Below are positions 1 through 8,172 of a stretch of DNA of 64,000 nucleotides, one piece after another. The stretch spans positions 142,192 through 206,191 of the forward strand of contig CALHAG010000002.1 of assembly GCA_937934305.1 (NCBI GenBank), read 5' to 3'. The stretch comes from Candidatus Caldarchaeum subterraneum (GTDB taxonomy: Archaea; Thermoproteota; Nitrososphaeria_A; Caldarchaeales; Caldarchaeaceae). Both the position numbers and the translations under genes were made by a program. The notes below the pieces were generated by a model. The model ran no database searches. It was not told the origin of the DNA and worked only from the letters and a program-made list of their open reading frames with translations. Position 1 is the first letter of the stretch. Every line of letters begins with the position of its first letter.

Positions 1-1091
1 GCGCCTTCTAGGCCTGTCACCTGTCTGCCCAGCTCCGCTAAAGAGTATGCAAGCCCTCCAATCATGGGGGTGTCTAAGAACTCTGCGTTTGGTATCTGTC
101 TATAGGTGAGGAGCACCACTATGGGTCCTGTGACCGGCCCTGCGCCGAGGCAGTTGTCTGAGACCGGTAACCCATAGGAGTCGGATGTCTTGAGAAAATG
201 CCTGTCCAGCTTTGTTCTGCATGTCAGCGTCAGGGTTGAGCCCGCGGCCACCCATGTCTGGTAGGCGCCTTTTACGAGGATTTCTTGACCGTTTATGGTC
301 ACAGGCGCCTCAGCGCCCTCGGCGATTACGGTGAGCCTGTATTCCGTGGCGTAGTTGACCTTGGCTAGGCTGAGCAACTGCTTGGGTATGGGCTTATCCA
401 TTGGGAAGGTTTTATCGGCCACGGTGTATGACTGAGGTATTTTTCTCTCGTTGTCGCTTACCCTGACCGGCTCAGCATTTATTGTTGTGAATTGGTCAAG
501 CGGGTAATATTCGTCGAGGAACTTCACGTACGTGTAGTAGTAGGCGGTTAAGTTGACGGAGCCTGGCGGTAGCTTGATGGTTATCTCTGGCTGGGAGTAT
601 ATGTTTCCGAGAGCCTCCGCATAGAGATAGATGTATTTGTTCTCGCCCAATATTATCTCGGGTGGGAAAACATAGCTTATGGTTTCGCCCACCCTCGCTA
701 CCAGGGGACCGGGGCGGAGCTCTTTCGGCAGAGATATGTTGAGGACGGGGTTGACGACGGCTCTCTCTATCACCTCTCCGCCCGGTCCTGTGTAGAGCCT
801 CTCGAAGACTGCTTTAGCCTCAAAGTCTCCGTCGATGTAGAAGAAGAACGGGTTGGCGGAGGTGTAGTTGAACGGCATGCCTTTGCTGATTACCCATCCC
901 ATGAACCTGCAGTTGGTCGTCGGCCTAGCCTCTATCCTCACCTGCGCGCCGGCGGGGTATCTGCCTGCGCCGGCTATGGAGAGGATGCAGTCTGACGGCT
1001 CCCCTGTCAATGTAACGCTGTAGCTCTCCTGCGCGTAGACGGGGAACATCAATAGAAACATCAATATCGTGAACAACAGGACCTGCTTCAT
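1..1091 (-). CDS. Secreted hypothetical protein, partial; the N-terminus is in the window and the C-terminus runs off the left edge
   Basis: ATG at 1089-1091 on the minus strand, immediately downstream of the platform gene. I translated MKQVLLFTILMFLLMFPVYAQESYSVTLTG..., which has a signal-peptide-like N-terminus. I checked positions 1-300 in this frame by hand and found no stop. It is not in the ORF track because it is truncated at the edge. Confidence 0.45.
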   Translation of the reverse strand, partial: MKQVLLFTILMFLLMFPVYAQESYSVTLTGEPSDCILSIAGAGRYPAGAQVRIEARPTTNCRFMGWVISKGMPFNYTSANPFFFYIDGDFEAKAVFERLYTGPGGEVIERAVVNPVLNISLPKELRPGPLVARVGETISYVFPPEIILGENKYIYLYAEALGNIYSQPEITIKLPPGSVNLTAYYYTYVKFLDEYYPLDQFTTINAEPVRVSDNERKIPQSYTVADKTFPMDKPIPKQLLSLAKVNYATEYRLTVIAEGAEAPVTINGQEILVKGAYQTWVAAGSTLTLTCRTKLDRHFLKTSDSYGLPVSDNCLGAGPVTGPIVVLLTYRQIPNAEFLDTPMIGGLAYSLAELGRQVTGLEG

Positions 1092-1095
1092 GTCT

Positions 1096-2916
1096 CTACA
1101 CCTGGCTTGGGAACAATGTGGCTCTCACCAGCTCGGACATCAGGGGGACAGAGTAGTAGGCGGGTATGAACAGGAACGCTGTGATGGCTACTCTATGTAG
1201 GCCGAATGGATGAGAGTCTATGGCGTAGCTGATGGTCAGCGCCATCGTCGATGCCGCTATAATCATCATCAGGAAGCCCATGTCTATCATCTGGGCTGCG
1301 AGCTCGGGGCTTGGGTTGAAGCTCGGCCCTCCCTGCGGAGCCTCGGGAAGCTCAAGGTTTGTGCCGCCGAACGCTGTGCCGGCTATGAGTGGATGAACCA
1401 TGCCGAACATCATCGAGGCTATGAATGGCGTGGCGTATGTCAGGTATAGGAAGAGCTTGGTTCTACCTCTCTGGGCTTCTCTGGCGGCGCTGTAGTATGT
1501 CAACGCTGTAATAACCTTCTCCATTAGCTGGGGGCTTGCTCCCCCCAGCCTGTCCACCATGTCTATGAGCCAGAGAATCACGCGGGTGAGCCAGCTACGC
1601 GCGGTGGAGGCTGCATGGTATATTCCGAGGCCCATTGTCAGCCTTGTGGAGAACCCTTTGACGAATGCTTGGAAGTGCCGGCTGTACCGCTGTGCCGCGG
1701 CGGTCTTCAGGCTATGATACATGGTTTTCCCGGCTTTTCTCTCCTCGACCGCTATCCTCACAAACCGTTTCAGCTCCCTCTCAGCCTCTTCTATCTCACC
1801 CACCTGATGGCGCATGGATGCGTAGACAAGGAGAGCCGTGACGCCTACTCCCGCCGCTATTATGACTGGATACGGAACCGGTATACCCGCTGCCTGAACC
1901 ACATAAGCAATGGCGGCTGAAGCCGCGGCAACGGATAAAGCCTTCGCCAAGGTGGCCGTGTCTAGGGATATTCTATTAGGTATCTTCGGCATAGCGTTCC
2001 TGACTGCTAGCAGTAACACGAGGCCGAGGAACGGTGTGATGAAGGTGTTTAGAAGCACCATTCCCTGCGTGGATTCTCCGCCGACTATCACGGTGAGGCT
2101 CATCCCCAGAGGCAGTAGAACAAGTGCGGTGAAGAGGATTTCGATATAGGCGGCTATTGATGACGTGAATCTTTCAAACTTCTCTGTCATGTATTTCAGC
2201 GCCTCTTCCGCGAGGTCCTCCAGCGTAGACACCATGTCCCCGCCTGTTCTCCAGACGCTTGTCGTCGTCAGCAGCGCCCGGCTGAACTCTTCATGCGGTA
2301 TGGTTTCGGCGTGGGCTTCCACGCTCTTGACCGCCCCCACCCCTGCGAAGACCGCTTTCCGCTCAATCTCTGCAGCCTCTTTGCTGACCTGCTTAAAGAC
2401 ATCCGTCGCTTTTTTGACATGCTGCAGCGCCATGTAGATGGTGCCGCCGCAGTAGGCGACTATGCTGCTGAAAACCATGAAGAAGGGATACTCGGTGGAG
2501 AGGGCTGTCTTCCTGTTTGAGGCTGAGTTCGAGGCGGATAGCATCGTCATGAATATTGGAGCTGCCGCGGGGCCGAAGCCCGCTAAAACAAGCGGGTTAA
2601 AGGAATGTGTAAATAGCGAGATAAGCGCCACGGCCGCAATAACCAATACTGAGGCAATGGATGCGCCTATCGCCGACGATATTTTCTCCGCGAGCTCGTA
2701 GGAGGATACACGCTTCATCGAGGCCCTGGCCACTTTAACCGCGTATCCCTCAAATCTTGCCGAGAATTTTTTGCCAAGTGATGAGCCGGCGAAAGCGGCG
2801 ACAGGCGCTGTGACCGCTCCCACCATCATCGGAATATTTCCAGAAAAGACGGCTAAAGGCCCTATTATCCCGGCTGAGAGTGCTGGGATGATGGACATGA
2901 CTGTGCCGTCCTGCAT
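1096..2916 (-). CDS. Type IV pilus/archaellum-type assembly platform membrane protein (FlaJ/TadC/GspF-like, polytopic)
   Basis: 606 aa with multiple hydrophobic helices separated by charged cytoplasmic domains. Its start overlaps the stop of the upstream secretion ATPase (position 2916). Pairing a platform protein with a FlaI/PilB ATPase is the canonical type-IV-filament core. Confidence 0.6.
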   Translation of the reverse strand: MQDGTVMSIIPALSAGIIGPLAVFSGNIPMMVGAVTAPVAAFAGSSLGKKFSARFEGYAVKVARASMKRVSSYELAEKISSAIGASIASVLVIAAVALISLFTHSFNPLVLAGFGPAAAPIFMTMLSASNSASNRKTALSTEYPFFMVFSSIVAYCGGTIYMALQHVKKATDVFKQVSKEAAEIERKAVFAGVGAVKSVEAHAETIPHEEFSRALLTTTSVWRTGGDMVSTLEDLAEEALKYMTEKFERFTSSIAAYIEILFTALVLLPLGMSLTVIVGGESTQGMVLLNTFITPFLGLVLLLAVRNAMPKIPNRISLDTATLAKALSVAAASAAIAYVVQAAGIPVPYPVIIAAGVGVTALLVYASMRHQVGEIEEAERELKRFVRIAVEERKAGKTMYHSLKTAAAQRYSRHFQAFVKGFSTRLTMGLGIYHAASTARSWLTRVILWLIDMVDRLGGASPQLMEKVITALTYYSAAREAQRGRTKLFLYLTYATPFIASMMFGMVHPLIAGTAFGGTNLELPEAPQGGPSFNPSPELAAQMIDMGFLMMIIAASTMALTISYAIDSHPFGLHRVAITAFLFIPAYYSVPLMSELVRATLFPSQV

Positions 2917-4754
2917 CAGGCGACACCCGCCACTGTGTAGTAGCGCTGTTTGAGGAATTCGTGGTACTCGAGCGCGTCTGATATGTTTTTCTCGATTCCT
3001 TCGACGATTACCGCCGCCTTTCTCTCAATATCGGCTATTATCTTCTCCTCGGATGCCCCGAATCTATCGACCAGGATGTTGAGTTTAGCGCTCTTCTTGA
3101 AAGCTTCCTCGGGGCTGTCGGGTTCGAACGTGTCTGACGACTCCCTCCATCTAAACACCTGATGAATCCTGAAGCCGGTGGCTGAACTGTCTGGAACTAT
3201 CTCCGCTATCTCCATCATGCGCCTCAGCCTGCCGTTGGGTGTGTCGGTGTAGGACATTATGCCGCAGCCCCAGAAGAAGCTGAGCAGGCTCTCGCTGAGG
3301 TCGGCTTTTCTCAACATGATGGCGAGCCTGCTGAAGAAGGCTGAGGCGGAGTCGGCGTGGAACGTGAACCCTCCGCCATGGCCTGTGAAGGCGGCGTTCA
3401 ATAGATGGTATATCGCGTCCTCGCTTCTCACCTCGCCTACCACGATGTAGTCAGGCCTCATACGTAGAGCCATTTTTATCAGCTCGGCTTCTGTGACCTG
3501 CACTTCTCTAGCGGTCATCATGCTCGGCCTCTTCACGGTCATGGCTCTCCAGCCGCGGGCGGGCAGGTAGAGCTCGTACGTGTCCTCGATGGTGTAGAAC
3601 ATGCTGTTGGGGTGGAGGCATGCAAGCAATGCGTTGAAGAGGCTTGTCTTACCGCTTCCCGTGGGGCCGGCCAGCCCGACGATAGCCTTCTGCTCTAGAG
3701 CATACCATAGATAAGCAGCCATTAACGGCGATAGCACCCCGCTTTTGACCATATGTGGCAGGCTCCATGGCATGACGGCGAATTTTCTGATGGTGAATCC
3801 CGGGCCTCTAGCGGCTATGTCTCTGCCGAATATGCCTGCGAACCTGTCTCCGCTCGGTAAAGCGAAGTCGCCGTATGGCTTTGCGACTGTTAGCCCGTGC
3901 CCAACCGCGTGTGCGAGCTTGTTCATGAAGTCGTTTACTTCGTCGTCGTCTCTGAAGTAGGCGTTTGACCATAGCCAGCGGTAGTGGCTGAAGCTTCTAT
4001 GGTAGACCCCGATGTATAATCCCGGGCCTATGCAGTTGATGTCCTCGATTTCAGGGTCCTCGACCATGATGTTTAGCACACCGTATCCGAAAAGCTCTCT
4101 CGCGATGTAGTATGTGACCTTCGTCCTTGTCTCGTCGTTGTCTATCCCAAGTGTTTTGAGCGCTGAGCGTATATGGGGTTCGAGGGCTTGGCTCAGGTTT
4201 ATGCTGGCTTTCTTGACGACGACATCTGTTCTATGGCTTCTTTTTGAAAGCGTCGTGACAACGTCTTCGGGGATTTCAGCCTTCATGTAGATGTTCTCGA
4301 GGGCCATGCTGTATCCCAGTATATCCTCCGGCTCCAGCTCAGGCTCTGAGACGAAGTATCTGCCTGTCATCCCCTCGGCGGCTATCCTTATGCTGGCGAG
4401 GCCTATCCTGTAGCTCTTCAACGTGACCCCTGTCCCAGGGTCTCTTAGGACAAGCGGTATCCTGGCGGCTGAGGAGAGGAACCTCTCCAGTAGCTTGAGG
4501 CGTTCCTGAGCCTTGGCCAGTATCTTCTCCTCTTTCTTGTCGAGCTGCTTGGCTGGTAGCCTGATGACCGGTGGCGGAGCCGCGGGCTCCTTGTCCGCCT
4601 TATCCTGTTTACGTGTCTTCTTTGCCTCAGGCTCTATTGCTTCTACTGTTTTCGTTTTCAGCGACTCTCCGCAGTTGGGGCAATGTAGTAGCTGTATCCC
4701 TTCTTCCTCTATGATGGGGGGCAGTTTTTCGCCGCATGCTGGGCACTTATCCAC
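2916..4754 (-). CDS. Type II/IV secretion-family ATPase (FlaI/PilB/VirB11 family) with an N-terminal C4 zinc ribbon and a Lys/Glu-rich linker
   Basis: Walker A is GLAGPTGSGKTSLFNALL. Walker B-like is PDYIVVGEVRSEDA. The N-terminus carries CPACGEKL...CPNCGESL. The gene sits next to the platform gene and the pilin genes. Confidence 0.8.
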   Translation of the reverse strand: MDKCPACGEKLPPIIEEEGIQLLHCPNCGESLKTKTVEAIEPEAKKTRKQDKADKEPAAPPPVIRLPAKQLDKKEEKILAKAQERLKLLERFLSSAARIPLVLRDPGTGVTLKSYRIGLASIRIAAEGMTGRYFVSEPELEPEDILGYSMALENIYMKAEIPEDVVTTLSKRSHRTDVVVKKASINLSQALEPHIRSALKTLGIDNDETRTKVTYYIARELFGYGVLNIMVEDPEIEDINCIGPGLYIGVYHRSFSHYRWLWSNAYFRDDDEVNDFMNKLAHAVGHGLTVAKPYGDFALPSGDRFAGIFGRDIAARGPGFTIRKFAVMPWSLPHMVKSGVLSPLMAAYLWYALEQKAIVGLAGPTGSGKTSLFNALLACLHPNSMFYTIEDTYELYLPARGWRAMTVKRPSMMTAREVQVTEAELIKMALRMRPDYIVVGEVRSEDAIYHLLNAAFTGHGGGFTFHADSASAFFSRLAIMLRKADLSESLLSFFWGCGIMSYTDTPNGRLRRMMEIAEIVPDSSATGFRIHQVFRWRESSDTFEPDSPEEAFKKSAKLNILVDRFGASEEKIIADIERKAAVIVEGIEKNISDALEYHEFLKQRYYTVAGVA

Positions 4755-5460
4755 CCTGCTCCACCTCCCCAGCCGCTTCCTCTATCGACCAGGCCCCTCC
4801 ATATGGCACTACGCCGCTTACCTGTACGTCTTGTATGTGTCGGCCTTCTGAGTCAAGTATCTTGAATTGTAGGGTTATTTTGCCTACGTCTCTCATCCAG
4901 TTGACGAAGCTGTATAGGTCTGTGACGGGTACTATGACTGTGACGCTTGCTTCGAAGTTATTCGGCCTGATAACTATCCTGCCCTGTGAATCGGTTGGAA
5001 AACCATCCAATATCTCGGCTGACGTGGCTAGCCCAGGGGTCAGCACTATTACTTTTTCTCTAGGCGAGATGTAGCTGTTCTGTGTCCCAAGCTCTGTGAA
5101 CTTGACGATTATTGTCACGGATTTTTCGTTTGGCGGCGGGCATCCTTTAGGGATGTTGAGTGTCTCGTTTTCCTGTGGGGGCCCGCCTTTTATTCCGCAT
5201 GTATAGATGGCATAGGCGGAGAAGGGGGCTGGCTGATTGGTTTTCTGGACAGTTGTCGCCGCTATGGACACGGTTTGTGTTATGGTTTGTCCCTGGATGA
5301 CTGTTATTGTTTGAGAGGGTTTGGAGGCCGCTGGACTCGCTAGATATCCTAGGATAAATCCTGTTAGGAGGAAGACTGCTGCCGTGGCCGCCGCCGTCTT
5401 GAGATTTTTAGGACCAATACCGCCGCGGAACATGCCGCGGCTATGAAAACTATCGTCCAT
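4747..5460 (-). CDS. Membrane-anchored hypothetical protein in the pilus operon
   Basis: N-terminal hydrophobic segment KTAAATAAVFLLTGFILGYLA followed by a Thr/Gln-rich extracellular region. The ORF overlaps the upstream 914-aa gene by ~97 nt, so the true start is uncertain. Confidence 0.35.
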   Translation of the reverse strand: MDDSFHSRGMFRGGIGPKNLKTAAATAAVFLLTGFILGYLASPAASKPSQTITVIQGQTITQTVSIAATTVQKTNQPAPFSAYAIYTCGIKGGPPQENETLNIPKGCPPPNEKSVTIIVKFTELGTQNSYISPREKVIVLTPGLATSAEILDGFPTDSQGRIVIRPNNFEASVTVIVPVTDLYSFVNWMRDVGKITLQFKILDSEGRHIQDVQVSGVVPYGGAWSIEEAAGEVEQGG

Positions 5461-8108
5461 GTAGATAAAGGAATAACTATGGTTGCTTCTGTGGCGTCGG
5501 CTGCTAGGGCTGTCTCCCCTCCTCCCAATGGGCTTGAAGCCTTTATTGTTGTTTCGGTGGGGGGTGCCGCCGGCAGCTTGGCTTGGCCGTCATAGGCTGT
5601 GGTGGCCCTGATGTCGGGGTATATCCACGCCTCTGTGAAGGGCGCGGGAATGCCTAGCACGTCTACGGCCTTTATCCTCACCGTTTTCAGCCCTGTCCTG
5701 AGCCTGTATTCTCCCGGCCCCTGTATAGATACTGTCTGTTCTACGTTGACCTCTGCTTCACGGTACCTTATGGAGACGGTTCTCCATGTTCCGCTGTCTA
5801 TGTATGCCATGGGTGGGGTGTATACTCTCGTTTCCCCGCCTCCTTCGAGGACCACGTTGTCAGGCTCGGCCAGGTATCCTTCGCCAGCCTCCAAGGCCAT
5901 TGATACAAGGTACTGGGGCAGGTATTCTACGCGGATATGCATCGGCTTGCTGACCGTTATCAGCCACGACCCTGTCCTAGCCCCGTCCACGTAGACGGCT
6001 TTAAGCGCCAGCCTAGTGGCGTTCCCCAGCTCAACGGTCTCGGGAAGCCATCGCCTAACATCTATCGATGAGCCGTTCTCAACCCTCTCCTCAAAGCTCT
6101 TGACAACGCTATCTACACGTATTGTCTGGAGTATTCTCCACTCAACCTTGACAGTGGCTGGCTGTGTCAAGGTATACTTCACCATAGCCATGTTCCCCCG
6201 GCTTAGGGACTGGTTCCACGTGGCTAGGACAGCCCCGTCCTGACCATATACGGTCATGTTCCTCAGCTCCACCACTGTCCCGTTCCCGAACTCCTGAACA
6301 ATGGGCATGAGGGTGTAGAGGGTCTCATTGGCTGTGAAGTACTTCTCCTCACTCAGGATATACCTGCTCTCTATCCTCACCTTGTGCTGCCTCTCCCAGA
6401 TGGGCTTGAGGGTCAGCGGCTTGTCCACAACTATCTCGGTTCCGTTGTATCCCTCGAACCCCTTGAAAACAAGCCTTGTACCGTTTCCAAGGTCAACTAC
6501 ATCCTTCTCCGGATGTATCTGCACCGTTGAGCCCTTGTCAACCCAGACGCTCTTGAACAATCCGCTGTATAGGCCCTCAACCCTTACGAGGTACTGAGGC
6601 TTCCAAAGCCTGTCCACAAGGTTCATAGGCGATGTGACGTTCACCACAGCATCCTGCCCGCGCCAAACCATTCTCACATCCTCGGATAACTGGAAGGATT
6701 CAGCCGCCGGCGCGAGCTTCACGACACTTTTCCTCAGAGCCCATACGTGTTTGCCGTCGTGGTAAGCCCAGCCTGACACGGCTTCTACCTTGACAGGGCC
6801 AGCCTCAAGCCTATACGCCCTCTCAAACCTAAGCTCAGCCAAGAGCCTGTCCTTGAGGCTCTCGAAGCATAGGCTCTGACCATTCATGGTCAAGGCTGTG
6901 AAGTTATCCCAGCCGGGGCCTATGCCGTCGTAAATAAGTATACGGTATACATTGGATTCGTTGATGTAGGGCATGACGTACTTCAGCAGCTTTTTAGGCA
7001 CTAAGGTGTAAGTGTAGTAAGTCTGCGATGAGCCGCCTACTCTGGTGACCTCCTCGGTCAACGTAACCCTCTGAACATCGTATGAGTGGAGAACGAGCCT
7101 AGTCCCGTTACCATAGTCAGATACAAACGGGAGATTTTCGCCAGACTTATCCTTGAAAGGCTTGATACATAGCGTCTCGCGGTAAATACCTTCGGTGACG
7201 GTGATGGGTGCGATGGGATAGGATAGACTAATCCAACCCTCCCCCTCGTCAAAGACGTTGTAGTGATACACCCATACCTCACCCGGCATGCTTATAACAG
7301 TGAGGTTGCTGGGCGGGCTGAGCCAGCCGCCGCCAAACTTCAGCACATCGTCGGCGGAGGCGTTTCTTAGTGAGCTAAACCTAACAGCCAATGCGTAGAG
7401 AACAAATGTATCTGGTGGACCAAATATTGGATAAGGTCGCCAAGCGTCGCCGGGATACCAGCCGCCTATTCTGAACCCTCTCCAGTCAAAACCATATTGA
7501 TAGCTTCGTGGGTATCCATCGTTATGGCCGAGGCCTATGGCGTGGCCAAACTCATGAGATAAAAACGCAAGGTTGCCTAAAACCTTCACATATGGTTCCT
7601 CGAGAGTCGCAGAGATTGTGCAAGCACCGTTCCCGCAACGACGTGTGGGGTCTATAATTATGTCGGGTGTAGGTATTGTTTCGTTTACACCTTCTATGTA
7701 GAATTTGAACCTTATTTTTGGGAGGTGTCTAGCCCATTCATAGTGTTCTGCGGCGTATTGTAACGCGGCTTGCCACGTTCTAACCACCCTCGATGCAAAC
7801 AACACATGCTCCCAGCCATACTCTGTTTGGATGACCTTAATCCTACTATAATCAAGATACTCTATGGTGGTTCCGGGCCTGTACTTGAGCAGTATGTTGT
7901 ATGTGTATCCTCCGTCCTCCTCCACGGTCTGCCTCGGGTTCCACCACTGGTTTATGGGGAAAACCTCTATTCTCTGCGTCAGCCTATCTCCTTTGAAGTC
8001 GTTGACCCATGTCACCTCCCAGCCCGGGTACTGGAACTCTTCACCATGTATGGGCAGGAGGACAAACAGTATGCAGACGGTTGCAAGCGCTGCTAACGCA
8101 GCCCTCAT
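5364..8108 (-). CDS. Large secreted, C-terminally anchored surface protein with a metzincin-type zinc-metalloprotease motif
   Basis: N-terminal signal MRAALAALATVCILFVLLPIHG. LSHEFGHAIGLGHND matches the metzincin HExxHxxGxxH(D/N) zinc-binding consensus. The C-terminus is a hydrophobic helix followed by an RRRRPRQQ tail. Confidence 0.6.
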   Translation of the reverse strand: MRAALAALATVCILFVLLPIHGEEFQYPGWEVTWVNDFKGDRLTQRIEVFPINQWWNPRQTVEEDGGYTYNILLKYRPGTTIEYLDYSRIKVIQTEYGWEHVLFASRVVRTWQAALQYAAEHYEWARHLPKIRFKFYIEGVNETIPTPDIIIDPTRRCGNGACTISATLEEPYVKVLGNLAFLSHEFGHAIGLGHNDGYPRSYQYGFDWRGFRIGGWYPGDAWRPYPIFGPPDTFVLYALAVRFSSLRNASADDVLKFGGGWLSPPSNLTVISMPGEVWVYHYNVFDEGEGWISLSYPIAPITVTEGIYRETLCIKPFKDKSGENLPFVSDYGNGTRLVLHSYDVQRVTLTEEVTRVGGSSQTYYTYTLVPKKLLKYVMPYINESNVYRILIYDGIGPGWDNFTALTMNGQSLCFESLKDRLLAELRFERAYRLEAGPVKVEAVSGWAYHDGKHVWALRKSVVKLAPAAESFQLSEDVRMVWRGQDAVVNVTSPMNLVDRLWKPQYLVRVEGLYSGLFKSVWVDKGSTVQIHPEKDVVDLGNGTRLVFKGFEGYNGTEIVVDKPLTLKPIWERQHKVRIESRYILSEEKYFTANETLYTLMPIVQEFGNGTVVELRNMTVYGQDGAVLATWNQSLSRGNMAMVKYTLTQPATVKVEWRILQTIRVDSVVKSFEERVENGSSIDVRRWLPETVELGNATRLALKAVYVDGARTGSWLITVSKPMHIRVEYLPQYLVSMALEAGEGYLAEPDNVVLEGGGETRVYTPPMAYIDSGTWRTVSIRYREAEVNVEQTVSIQGPGEYRLRTGLKTVRIKAVDVLGIPAPFTEAWIYPDIRATTAYDGQAKLPAAPPTETTIKASSPLGGGETALAADATEATIVIPLSTWTIVFIAAACSAAVLVLKISRRRRPRQQSSS

Positions 8109-8172
8109 ACCTTGGACACATTATTCGCAGGAATATAAACGGAGAAGGCCTGAAAAAATGTATGGGTGTTTA

